Below are positions 1 to 9,326 of a stretch of 45,747 nt of DNA, in pieces. The notes below the pieces were generated by a model. It worked only from the letters and a program-made list of their open reading frames with translations. It was not told the DNA's origin and ran no database searches. Source of the DNA: Candidatus Hodarchaeum mangrovi (GTDB lineage Archaea > Asgardarchaeota > Heimdallarchaeia > Hodarchaeales > Hodarchaeaceae); assembly GCA_016839515.1 (NCBI GenBank), contig JAEOUE010000230.1, positions 1-45,747 on the forward strand, read 5' to 3'. Position numbers and translations under genes: made by a program. Position 1 is the first letter of the stretch. Every line of letters starts with the position of its first letter.

Positions 1-240
1 ATCATAGAGATTTAGTGCCACTGTATAAATTAGAAAGCCAAGGATTGCAGCCATTCCCCCAATAAACCAAATTCGATTTTTTATGAGTTTCCAAGCTGCT
101 GGAAGAACATCCCAAAAAAAATTATCAATTTGGATGCCTCCTGCTTTAAAGATACCTATCTTCAGGATTATCGCTGAACCTCCACTGACTACTCCGTAAA
201 TTAACATTATCAGTAAAACAGTTAAATTTTCAGGAAGCAA
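1..240 (-). CDS. EamA/DMT-family small membrane transporter, 3' part runs off the window
   Basis: Not in the ORF track. Manual translation from TTG at 240 gives MLPENLTVLLIMLIYGVVSGGSAIILKIGIFKAGG...KLIKNRIWFIGGMAAILGFLIYTVALNLYD, open to base 1. The hydrophobic helices and ILKxG / WFIGG pattern are typical of DMT (ArnE/F-like) proteins. Confidence 0.6.
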   Translation of the reverse strand, partial: MLPENLTVLLIMLIYGVVSGGSAIILKIGIFKAGGIQIDNFFWDVLPAAWKLIKNRIWFIGGMAAILGFLIYTVALNLYD

Positions 241-260
241 AATTATGAACTATCTCCAGA

Positions 261-1013
261 TCATTCTTCTTCATTATTGAATATCTTTTTTAGCATTACT
301 CCATTTTTAATTATTTCTTCACGTTTAGATAGATATTCAACTTCCTCTTCAGATATTCCTAACTCTTCCTCTTCTTGAATTTCTGCAGGTGATAGATTGT
401 TTTTTCCTTCCCTAATGTCAATCTCTCTTAGATCCTCGTCAATAAACTCAGGTTGATGCATAATATGATTCCCTTCCTCATTATTCCTTTCGAGTTTTTC
501 AGAGAGATCTTCCAATGCTTCATCAAAAATCGTCTCATTATTACTCCTTTTGTCATATAATTCATATGATTCTTGATCTGGTTCATTGAATTCAATTACC
601 TGTTCTTCCTCAATTTTAGAGGTTTCTTGAAGATAATCTGTCTTATTCTTTAACTCAATTTCTGATTTTTCAAGGTATTCTTCAACAGTTGGCTTTTCTT
701 CAGAGGGTGAATAAGGAAGATATTTAATTGATACTTGATGTTTTTGTAAATAATTAGCTTCACCAGTGGATTCTTCAATCAGAATACGGAGTTGACCTGG
801 TTTAGAGAGTCTGATTAATGGGATATGTAACTCGATATACTCTCGATTAGATCCACCCATGTATTGGCCACGAATTTTACCAAAATCATCGATTAATCTA
901 ATTCGATACCTTTTCATACCTTCTTCCATTTTAACACGAATGTAGAAAGGAATTGGAATTGAAATCTCTGAAATTTCATTGCCAGAATCGTCTGCAATCT
1001 CAATCTTTGGCAT
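261..1013 (-). CDS. Hypothetical protein: N-terminal beta-rich domain plus long acidic, probably disordered C-terminal half
   Basis: 250-aa ORF, very Glu/Asp-rich after about residue 100; ends 20 nt before the DMT gene start. Confidence 0.6.
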   Translation of the reverse strand: MPKIEIADDSGNEISEISIPIPFYIRVKMEEGMKRYRIRLIDDFGKIRGQYMGGSNREYIELHIPLIRLSKPGQLRILIEESTGEANYLQKHQVSIKYLPYSPSEEKPTVEEYLEKSEIELKNKTDYLQETSKIEEEQVIEFNEPDQESYELYDKRSNNETIFDEALEDLSEKLERNNEEGNHIMHQPEFIDEDLREIDIREGKNNLSPAEIQEEEELGISEEEVEYLSKREEIIKNGVMLKKIFNNEEE

Positions 1014-1123
1014 TTTTCCTCACTAATATTCTCATACATAACCTTAATTTCCTTATTTTATTTCTTTTTGCGGAATAACGAATTTCTTTGAAAAGGTAAA
1101 TAAATAACGATTGATGCCAATCT

Positions 1124-3541
1124 GTGATAGCTATGATTCATTCAGATGAAAATAATGAAAAATTCACTTGTTTTAATGAATTCATTACGATTTCACTTGA
1201 AAAGAGATCTAAGAAAATTCTAGTTTCTTCTAATATTGCTATGCAGAATTTAAGTGGTATAAGACCAGCAATTAACTTCTTTAATAAAGGTAATATCAAA
1301 TCAATTTATCCTAAGGAGAATAAAGATTTTTCTGTTGAATCACATGAAATAGTTGATGAAATTGGGAAGGGGAAACAATTTAATATCTTTTTAGAATTTG
1401 GAAATCATCCTGATTTACTCAATATCTCATTTCTCATGATTTTAGCTATTAAACTGTATGAAACAGAGAATTTTTGTACATTTCAGTTAAAATTGAATTA
1501 TACTGATAATCTCCCTAATTTACCTCTTCATTCCATCTCACCTCTTCAAATAACTTCTGGTAGAATTGTATTAAAGCAGAATGAACTAGTTCAACCTTCT
1601 AATCTAAGATTTTTTGAGCATGGATTTCAAAGCTGGAGTTATTCAAAACTCAAGGGAAATGATGAAGGTTATGAATCAATCATCGTTGATATTATTGCTA
1701 GGATACATCAAAATCATGATAATACACTATCTGGAGATTTTATGTCTGAATCGGTTACAATGATCTCAGATCAAAAATCAAAAGGATCAATATGTCTAGG
1801 TTTTATTACACATAACCGCTGTTTTTCTCGTGTTGTATTGAATCGTTTAAAGAATCCTTCAGAGATTAGATGGCTATCAGCTTACTCACAATTTGATAAT
1901 ATAATACTTAATTTGATTGAAATGGATCCAATTAGTTCAGAAGAACTTTTAATCGGTTTTCATCCTTTTCAGGGCTATTATAGTCTTTTAAATTATGCAG
2001 AAATCACAGGTAAAAAGATGCACGTTAAAATTCTACCCCCAAGGATTGGATGGTGTAGTTGGTATTATTATTATGTTGACATAACTGATAAAGAATTGTT
2101 AAAGAATGTTGAATTTTTTAAAAGTAATCCAGATTTACCTGTTGATATGATACAGCTCGATGATGGTTATTTTACAAATGTAGGTGATTTTACATCATTT
2201 AATTCCAAATTTCCAAATGGTCTTCTCGAATTCGTTGAGGAAACACATAATCAAGGTAAAAAAGCAGGTTTATGGATTGCTCCTTTCTTTGCAACTGAAT
2301 CTTCAGAATTATTTAGGAAAAATCCCAGCTGGTTTCTAAAAAATGCAACAGGAGAGTTTATTCCAGTTTGTTTTAATTGGAATGAGATTGAATATGCTTT
2401 AGATGTAACATATCCTGAAGTTCAGACACATTTGATAAATTTAATCAAGAAAATAACTAATGAATGGAAATTTGATTTCATAAAAATTGATTTCATATAT
2501 GCTGCGTCAATTTATCAGAGTGTTTATTATAAAAAAGGATTGACCAGAGCTCAGGTATACCGTAGCGCTCTCCAACTAATTCGTGATGCAATGGGGGATA
2601 ATAAATACATTTTAGGATGCGGAGCACCTCTTGGACCAAGTATAGGGTTAGTTGATGCCATGAGAGTTAGCGAAGATACAAAAGAGGTATGGAAAACTGA
2701 TGTAGAACCACTTTATGGCGATCCTTGCTTAAAGTATGCATTAATTGCTACAATTTATCGATCTTTTACACATAATTCATTATGGGTTAATGATCCAGAT
2801 TGCTTGATAGTTCGACGAAATCGTAGCTCTCTAACTGAAAAAGAAGTGGAACTTCAGATCACAATTTTCGGATTAAGTGGTGGACAAATTTTTATATCAG
2901 ATGATATGACAGGAATTGAAGCTGAAAGATTAAATTTGGCATTGAAAATCATACCCCCTATTCCTAAAAGCGCTATCCCTTTAGATGCACTTTATGAACC
3001 TTTACCAACATTATACTTTCTATCTACTCAAGTTCTAAACAAAAAAAGACTACTTATTACTGTTATTAATTGGGAAGATCAACCAATTGAAAGAAATTTC
3101 TCTATTACAAAAATTCTAACCTTGAGCGGTTGTGAAATTACTACAGATCAATTTATTGTTTTTGATTGGTGGAATGAACAACTTATCGGCTGTTTCAAAA
3201 AGAATGAATTAGTACAGTTAGGAACAATTTCTCCCCATAGTTGTAAATATTTGGGGATAATACCTTATCAAAAAGATACTACTATATTCATTTCGTCAAC
3301 AGTTCATATCGCTCAAGGTAGTTTAGAGGTAGTTAATTTTAATTTATCAAAATCAAAATTAAAAATTGAATTAAAATTACCAGGAAGACATCAAGGAAAA
3401 CTTTTCATACTATTACCTATGAATACAAAGGTTCATGAAGAAAAAGAAAACCATTCTATTCAACAGACTCCTTGGGGATTATTATACGAAATTTTTGTTG
3501 ATTTTATTGATTATTCAGAAGTCAGTCTTATTTTTAAGTAA
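1124..3541 (+). CDS. Glycoside hydrolase family 36 (alpha-galactosidase/melibiase-like)
   Basis: Motifs GFQSWS, GWCSWYYYY, QLDDGY, GLWIAPF, KIDF (nucleophile Asp), MRVSED and NDPDCL. Confidence 0.88.
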   Translation: MIAMIHSDENNEKFTCFNEFITISLEKRSKKILVSSNIAMQNLSGIRPAINFFNKGNIKSIYPKENKDFSVESHEIVDEIGKGKQFNIFLEFGNHPDLLNISFLMILAIKLYETENFCTFQLKLNYTDNLPNLPLHSISPLQITSGRIVLKQNELVQPSNLRFFEHGFQSWSYSKLKGNDEGYESIIVDIIARIHQNHDNTLSGDFMSESVTMISDQKSKGSICLGFITHNRCFSRVVLNRLKNPSEIRWLSAYSQFDNIILNLIEMDPISSEELLIGFHPFQGYYSLLNYAEITGKKMHVKILPPRIGWCSWYYYYVDITDKELLKNVEFFKSNPDLPVDMIQLDDGYFTNVGDFTSFNSKFPNGLLEFVEETHNQGKKAGLWIAPFFATESSELFRKNPSWFLKNATGEFIPVCFNWNEIEYALDVTYPEVQTHLINLIKKITNEWKFDFIKIDFIYAASIYQSVYYKKGLTRAQVYRSALQLIRDAMGDNKYILGCGAPLGPSIGLVDAMRVSEDTKEVWKTDVEPLYGDPCLKYALIATIYRSFTHNSLWVNDPDCLIVRRNRSSLTEKEVELQITIFGLSGGQIFISDDMTGIEAERLNLALKIIPPIPKSAIPLDALYEPLPTLYFLSTQVLNKKRLLITVINWEDQPIERNFSITKILTLSGCEITTDQFIVFDWWNEQLIGCFKKNELVQLGTISPHSCKYLGIIPYQKDTTIFISSTVHIAQGSLEVVNFNLSKSKLKIELKLPGRHQGKLFILLPMNTKVHEEKENHSIQQTPWGLLYEIFVDFIDYSEVSLIFK

Positions 3542-3555
3542 AAGAAATCCAATCT

Positions 3556-4323
3556 CTAAATTTTGATGCAGAGAAAGAAACCTAAATCCTCTAGGAAGTA
3601 AAAATCTTGAACTAAACGAAATCCTGAATCCTTTAATCCTTTTTGAAACATTTCCCATGTAAAACGGGCTTGAAATGGATGATAAACTTTTAAATAACGC
3701 TGAAACCTGTTAATTGATCGATTGTTAATCTCATTAACTAAAAAGAATCCTTTTGGTTTAAGAAGGCGATTTACTTCCTTTAATGCTTTTTCCCATTCTA
3801 TAATGTGATGAAAAATTGTAAAAGCAAATACCACATCAAATCTACTAGAGGGAAGTTTTACTTTACGAATATCTCCTAAAAAGACCATTATTTGACCCCT
3901 ATAATTTCTTGTCTTTGCTTTAGTCAAAGCGACCATTTGAGGATTTATATCAAATCCTTGATATTCCTTAGGATGAAATTCCTTCATTATTGATTCAAAA
4001 CCATAACCTGCACCACATCCGACCTCCAGAATTCTCAAACCTGAAAGATTAAGCCCTTGGGTATGCAATAATAGTTTAAATATTCGCATTTCAAACTGCG
4101 TTTGCATCAATTTTTTCAATGGACTTTTAATGAACTTTTCTTCTATAAAATGAAAATTCAATGCAGAATTAGAATTTTTTTCTTGTAAATTAGCTTTCAT
4201 GATGGTAATTCCAAGAAATCTCTTAAATTTACTGAATAAATTTTTTAAAAATATATTTTGGTCTTCTTCATATCGTTCCTGAAAGGTTTCTTTGATTAAC
4301 CTAATGTTATGCTCATATTTCAT
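3556..4323 (-). CDS. Class I SAM-dependent methyltransferase (Methyltransf_11/UbiE-like); true start may be the ATG at 4200
   Basis: ILEVGCGAG motif I, GFDINPQMV, FDVVF, FHHI and RLLKPKG. Confidence 0.85.
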   Translation of the reverse strand: MKYEHNIRLIKETFQERYEEDQNIFLKNLFSKFKRFLGITIMKANLQEKNSNSALNFHFIEEKFIKSPLKKLMQTQFEMRIFKLLLHTQGLNLSGLRILEVGCGAGYGFESIMKEFHPKEYQGFDINPQMVALTKAKTRNYRGQIMVFLGDIRKVKLPSSRFDVVFAFTIFHHIIEWEKALKEVNRLLKPKGFFLVNEINNRSINRFQRYLKVYHPFQARFTWEMFQKGLKDSGFRLVQDFYFLEDLGFFLCIKI

Positions 4324-4358
4324 GTATATTTAAACTGGGAACCATTCTATAACAGAAG

Positions 4359-4724
4359 ATGAAGGAGATGTACGCTCAAATTCCTGTCTATAAGAATTAT
4401 GGAAAGATACTGGAATTTTCTGAAAATTTAAAAAAAGAAGATATTGAGTTTTTTGCTGTAAATATTACCCCAGATCAGCTTATTGATATATCAAAGGATT
4501 TGGATATATTATTTACGTCTCAAACCTATGTTATGGTCAATAATTCATCAAAACATATTTTTTTATGGATTGGTAAAGAAGCACCTGTAAGACTTCGGTT
4601 TTTAGGTGCTTACCTTGCTCATAAATTGCAGCAAAGGAAAGGTTTCACATACCGAGTAATAAGTATTGATCAAGAAAATGAATCAGATGAATTTATAAAG
4701 TCTCTAGCAATTTTATATGATTAA
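4359..4724 (+). CDS. Single-domain gelsolin/villin-like protein
   Basis: The C-terminal ~75 aa match the gelsolin repeat pattern: YVMVN..IFLWIGKEAP...GAYLAHKL...VISIDQENESDEF. Confidence 0.75.
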   Translation: MKEMYAQIPVYKNYGKILEFSENLKKEDIEFFAVNITPDQLIDISKDLDILFTSQTYVMVNNSSKHIFLWIGKEAPVRLRFLGAYLAHKLQQRKGFTYRVISIDQENESDEFIKSLAILYD

Positions 4725-4915
4725 AAATTTTTATTATTAAAAACACAGTCGATCTCTGTTGTTAATCCATATCCTATTTATGTTACCTAATTTAATTTTA
4801 AAAAAGGTTCGGAAATGGGGATGAATACGAATATTAGGAAAAAAACAAATTAAAAGGTAATTTTTTTTAAGTCTAATTATTTAAAATTACTATAATTGAC
4901 GATTTTCATATATCA

Positions 4916-5668
4916 ATGGGAGTAAAACTGATGTCTAAAGAAAAAAGAGTCTCACAAAAAGAAAAGTTGGTAGGTTTAATTAAATTAGCACGTCCTCAAT
5001 TTCTTATTGCTTATTTTATTGTTGCAATTGGTGGTTTAACCATGGGATTTAAAGAAAGTTATCCCATTGATCTATCGATGGCCGTTTTCGCTATTTTTAA
5101 TGCTTTACTATCAGCAATTGGGGTTCATTTTCGAGACGAGGCTGGAGATTGGGCTTCAGGGTATGATAAAGAAATTGGAGGGATGGGAATAATTCGAGAT
5201 AGAATATTTACTGAGGATTCCGTTCGTACGATGGGGAGAATTCTTAGTTCTCTTACAATTCTTTTAGGACTCCTTCAGGCATTGATAGTTCTTGTATTGA
5301 ACAATCAAGGAATACTCTTCATGATTGGAATTCCTATCATTATTATGATTATATTTGTAAATTATCTTACAGAAGAAATACCCTTAGGTCATGAAATAAT
5401 TACTGCTGGATCTTATTTTGCTACCTTTTATTGGGTCTTTTTCTCTCAAAGCTGGGTTTTAACACCATCAGTTTTATTTTTCTCACTTTTTTTATATTTA
5501 ATTGTTTTCGCTTTGATACCTTATCAGGATATTGCAGATCTAGAGGCAGATGCAAAGACAGGGAAAAAGACATTAGCTTCAAAGCTTGGTCTTGATGGAG
5601 TAGGACATCTAGCTATATTCATTGGATTATTAAGTTTCCTCCTATTATATGTGGCTATCTTGATATGA
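4916..5668 (+). CDS. UbiA-family prenyltransferase (MenA/DGGGPS-like)
   Basis: N-terminal LARP, Asp-rich motifs DEAGDWASGYD and QDIADLEADAKTGKKT, multiple TM helices. Confidence 0.8.
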   Translation: MGVKLMSKEKRVSQKEKLVGLIKLARPQFLIAYFIVAIGGLTMGFKESYPIDLSMAVFAIFNALLSAIGVHFRDEAGDWASGYDKEIGGMGIIRDRIFTEDSVRTMGRILSSLTILLGLLQALIVLVLNNQGILFMIGIPIIIMIIFVNYLTEEIPLGHEIITAGSYFATFYWVFFSQSWVLTPSVLFFSLFLYLIVFALIPYQDIADLEADAKTGKKTLASKLGLDGVGHLAIFIGLLSFLLLYVAILI

Positions 5669-5943
5669 AAAATTACTTCCATAAATAAAATAAAGGAAAA
5701 TATTGGAATTCTCAATCTAGAGTTTTATGATCACTTGTAAAAATAAATTTCCTCAAAACTGGAATTAAACTCTACTACGATTGTCGTAATTTTAAGAGAA
5801 TATTTTAGAGAAGAAGAATGAGAAAATAAATCACGATGCAGAACCAAATCAATTCTTTGGTTAGAATTTATAATTAAAATCATAATTCTAAAAAATCGGT
5901 ATAGGAACTCATTTTAGGCATGTTAAAACATGTAAAAACAAAA

Positions 5944-5955
5944 TTTTTATATATT
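5944..5955 (+). promoter_or_regulatory. Putative archaeal TATA box for the rubredoxin-DUF2231 gene
   Basis: TTTTTATATATT preceded by an A-rich BRE-like stretch, about 50 nt before ATG 6005; GGTGA RBS-like sequence just upstream of the ATG. Confidence 0.4.
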
Positions 5956-6004
5956 AAAAGAATGTTAGACAAATTTATTCAAATTGATTTGGTGAGAAAT
6001 AAAT

Positions 6005-6598
6005 ATGAACAAAGAGATCCAATTAGGAGGATATGAAATATGCAAAGTGTGTGGTTTTATCCGACCAGCTGGAAAAGGAGGTATTTGTTCAGCTTGTGGA
6101 GCACGAGAACGTGCTTTTATACCTTTTGAGCATAAAGCTTCAAAAAACAGACGAGAATATTTAAAATTTGATGTTCATCCAGTTATAGTGCATTTCACAG
6201 TCAGCTACACCGCAACCATGGTTATTCTTTTTCTAATAAATGAATTCATAACTGATAATATTCTTGGGATGGAAATCTCTCCCGCTTTAGATCTTATAAT
6301 TCTTTTACTTCCTCTTTTAGTAATGTTAGCAGGGATAACGGGCTTGATAGATGGAAAAGTTAGATATCGAAAATTACTAACTCCTTATTTACGACTTAAA
6401 ATCTCAATGGGTGTAGCTTTATTTATTGATTCATTATTCATTTTATTATTTCATATATTCATTGCATCTCAAAATGGATTATTTTTTATTCTCAAAGTAA
6501 TCCTCATTCTTGCCGCGATTGGATTAGCTAGCGGACTGGGTTGGTTTGGAACGAAGCTCGTTGGTTTTATTGTCCCAAGAGGGATCGAGTTAAAATAG
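6005..6598 (+). CDS. Rubredoxin-like Fe/Zn(Cys)4 domain fused to a DUF2231-like membrane domain
   Basis: CKVCG...CSACG, then HPVIVHF and about 4 TM helices containing AGITGLIDG. Confidence 0.75.
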   Translation: MNKEIQLGGYEICKVCGFIRPAGKGGICSACGARERAFIPFEHKASKNRREYLKFDVHPVIVHFTVSYTATMVILFLINEFITDNILGMEISPALDLIILLLPLLVMLAGITGLIDGKVRYRKLLTPYLRLKISMGVALFIDSLFILLFHIFIASQNGLFFILKVILILAAIGLASGLGWFGTKLVGFIVPRGIELK

Positions 6599-6640
6599 TT
6601 TACAAATAGGAATGGGTTGTGGGAAAACTTTCTTTTTATA

Positions 6641-7315
6641 TTAGATTAATCCAAGGATATCATCCTTTGCGATACTATAGATCCAGCTAACACTAGTATA
6701 AATTTTTCTAATCATTAGTGTTCTATCAATTAAAACACTAACCCAAGAATGAACGAGTTCAGCAGGATAAGTTTCATTTTCATGGTGAATACTTAGTTTA
6801 AACCCAGATGTGGAATTATTAATAGTAGTATTAAACCACTCAAAGAAATCTTTGGCATAAGAAATAACATTGTAATCATCAACTACTTTATTGATTTCTG
6901 CTTGAGTATGAGCAGTTAAAAACTGCCATACAGAAAAGTTAGCTCCATAATCACTCCCATATGTTTTTAATCTTTCGGGAGTATCATAAAGAGGATCCAA
7001 TGTTATACTGAGCATTTGAAAATCTGTATCTAATTTTGGAAAAAGATCACTTTGAAGCAATTTAAAATGAGTTGTCATTAATGGACAGAATTCATCTTGA
7101 CAAGCTGTATACATAAAACCAATTAAGATAATCTTATTCTCAAAATTTTCCAATGTTACAGTTTGATTATCTTGATTAATTAATGTAAAGCTAGGGGCTC
7201 GTTTAATTACTGTAAGAGGTTGATTCTGAGCAAGTGGTGCTAATATAAATGCCATTAAAACACCTGAAGTAATCATAAAACCAATAAATAGACCAACTAA
7301 ATTTTTTTTATCCAT
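6641..7315 (-). CDS. sco: SCO1/SenC-family copper chaperone
   Basis: N-terminal TM; FTLINQD, FMYTACQDEFCP, SITLDPLYDTPERLKTY, WQFLT, conserved His in LVHS; last gene of the oxidase operon. Confidence 0.9.
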   Translation of the reverse strand: MDKKNLVGLFIGFMITSGVLMAFILAPLAQNQPLTVIKRAPSFTLINQDNQTVTLENFENKIILIGFMYTACQDEFCPLMTTHFKLLQSDLFPKLDTDFQMLSITLDPLYDTPERLKTYGSDYGANFSVWQFLTAHTQAEINKVVDDYNVISYAKDFFEWFNTTINNSTSGFKLSIHHENETYPAELVHSWVSVLIDRTLMIRKIYTSVSWIYSIAKDDILGLI

Positions 7316-7340
7316 TTTAAATCCTCAAGAAGAATATTCA

Positions 7341-7712
7341 TTAAATCCCGCAAAGGTAAACAACTGTTCCCATTGCTGGAATTAAGACAACTGGTAACGC
7401 GATAAAAAGGGGGATTCCAAACATGATGCCTGCTGTTACCCAAGGGCGTTTTTGATATTTAATTCCCATAAAAAATGCAGCAACAAGAGCAGCTTTTACA
7501 AAAGCTAATGAAATAAGAGTAATTGGAACTAATAGCTCTACAATATTCTCAAATGTCGGTATATTTTGCATAATATCCCCGATAAAACTTACATTAAGCT
7601 CTAAAATTGTAAGAATAGCTAAAGATAAAAATACTGTCGTATAAGGACGTTTTACTGGTAAGGATGGCTTTTCTTCTGGTTCTCTTTTTTCATTCAAGTT
7701 TATCATCTTCAA
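7341..7712 (-). CDS. ctaF: Cytochrome oxidase subunit IV (caa3/CtaF-type)
   Basis: 3 TM helices; LAILTILE and KAALVAAFFMGIKY; overlaps the end of subunit I. Confidence 0.75.
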   Translation of the reverse strand: MKMINLNEKREPEEKPSLPVKRPYTTVFLSLAILTILELNVSFIGDIMQNIPTFENIVELLVPITLISLAFVKAALVAAFFMGIKYQKRPWVTAGIMFGIPLFIALPVVLIPAMGTVVYLCGI

Positions 7713-9312
7713 ACGTTAGTTCTTCTGTTTTCTTTACAGGCTCTTCATCTAAGGCTGATAATCCAAAGGGATCCTCACCTGCTTCAGGTCCCCATTTCAA
7801 GCTAAAAATCATATTAACAAAAAAGATTAAAATTGAAAAAGCCATTAAAAACGCACCTATGGTTGCAAGAAGGTTTAATATCGTAAAAATTTCTACTTTA
7901 CTTACTTCTCCAAAAATTCCGAACGGGATAGTCTCTGTAAACGTTGTATAATCAAAATATCGACGTGGCATCCCATAAAGGCCAACAATCATCATCGCAT
8001 TAAAGGTAATGAAAACTCCTCCTAACCACGTAAAGGTATGTATCCATCCTAATCTACGATTATACATCTTTTTTTTCCCAAACAGAGTCTCTGTAAATTC
8101 AGGGAAAAAATTATAGAAGCCGCCAAATAAAGAAGTCACTGCCCCACCAATAATAATCATATGAAAGTGTCCTACAACGAATGCAGTATCATGAGCAATA
8201 ATGTCAATAGGAATAATGTTAAGCCATACTCCAGTTATACCTCCAATGACAAATCCAACAACAAAACCCATAGGAAGAACCAAAGGTGATTCAAATTTTA
8301 TTTTTCCGCCCCACATGGTAAGTAACCAATTAAATGTTTTAATTCCTGAAGGGATGGCAATCAAAAAGGTTAGTGCATTAAAAAATGTAGTTGTTACTGC
8401 ATCTGCTGCCGCCCCATATATTGTATATTGATGATGACCCCATACGAGGAAACCAATGAATGTAATAGCTAACATTGAATATATCATTGATCTATAACCA
8501 AAAATTCTGTTTTTTGAAAATTTAGATATTAACAAAGATGTAATTCCCATTGCTGGAAGTATCATAATGTATACAGCTGGATGTGAGTAACTCCAAAATA
8601 CATGTTGCCACAGAAAGGCTCCAATACCTGATCCCAAGGCAGTAAAGAATGCAGTATTAAGAACGCGATCAGATAAAAGGAGAATTAGTCCGGTAGTAAT
8701 TAGAGGAGTAGCACAAAGCTGAATAATTGAAGTACACAATATCGACCATGAAAAAAGATCCATATCAAACCATTTAAGTTCAGGTCGACGCATAGATACA
8801 ATCGTCATAATAAAATTGATAGCAGAAACTAATGATGAAACTCCAGCAATTAATACACCAATTATCCATGTATCAACACCAATACCCCAATCAATAGAAC
8901 TTAATGGAGTATACAATGTCCAACCAACACTCGCTTCACCAAAATAAAGTAAAAGAGCTGCTGGAACTAATAACCAAAATGCAGCATTATTCCACCTAGG
9001 CCAATACATATCGGGTGCTCCAATTAATTTGGGAACTAAATAATTAGCTAATCCAGCTCCTATTGGAAAAATGACCAGAAAAATCATAGCTGTTCCATGA
9101 GCTGTGAATAAAATAGAATAAACTTCATCATTGACAATTTGACCGCCAGGTAATGCCAATTCAATACGAATAATCAAGGCTAATAATCCAGAAACCGCAA
9201 AATTGAATAAAGCAAAAACTATGTATAAAATTCCGATTTCCGCATGATTGGTTGTACCAATTAAAGTATTGAGACTTTTGTAGAAAGGCTTGTAATGAGA
9301 TCGTTCATTCAT
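7690..9312 (-). CDS. ctaD: Heme-copper oxidase subunit I, family A2
   Basis: TAHG (low-spin heme His), APDMYWPRWNN (D-channel), GWTLY, WSYSHPAVY (CuB His/Tyr with YS motif), WGHH, GIKTFNW (K-channel), VGHFH, GMPRRY. Confidence 0.97.
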   Translation of the reverse strand: MNERSHYKPFYKSLNTLIGTTNHAEIGILYIVFALFNFAVSGLLALIIRIELALPGGQIVNDEVYSILFTAHGTAMIFLVIFPIGAGLANYLVPKLIGAPDMYWPRWNNAAFWLLVPAALLLYFGEASVGWTLYTPLSSIDWGIGVDTWIIGVLIAGVSSLVSAINFIMTIVSMRRPELKWFDMDLFSWSILCTSIIQLCATPLITTGLILLLSDRVLNTAFFTALGSGIGAFLWQHVFWSYSHPAVYIMILPAMGITSLLISKFSKNRIFGYRSMIYSMLAITFIGFLVWGHHQYTIYGAAADAVTTTFFNALTFLIAIPSGIKTFNWLLTMWGGKIKFESPLVLPMGFVVGFVIGGITGVWLNIIPIDIIAHDTAFVVGHFHMIIIGGAVTSLFGGFYNFFPEFTETLFGKKKMYNRRLGWIHTFTWLGGVFITFNAMMIVGLYGMPRRYFDYTTFTETIPFGIFGEVSKVEIFTILNLLATIGAFLMAFSILIFFVNMIFSLKWGPEAGEDPFGLSALDEEPVKKTEELTFEDDKLE

Positions 9313-9326
9313 ATTTTAATCACCAA

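Noticed and set aside
4916-5668. UbiA protein as heme O synthase (CtaB/CyoE) for the nearby oxidase
   Set aside because: Lacks the CtaB-type D.D..M.RT..RP motif; its second Asp motif (D...D...GK.T) fits MenA/DGGGPS-like enzymes.
7664-8431. ORFs 7664-7951 and 8201-8431 (+)
   Set aside because: Antisense shadows of oxidase subunits I/IV.
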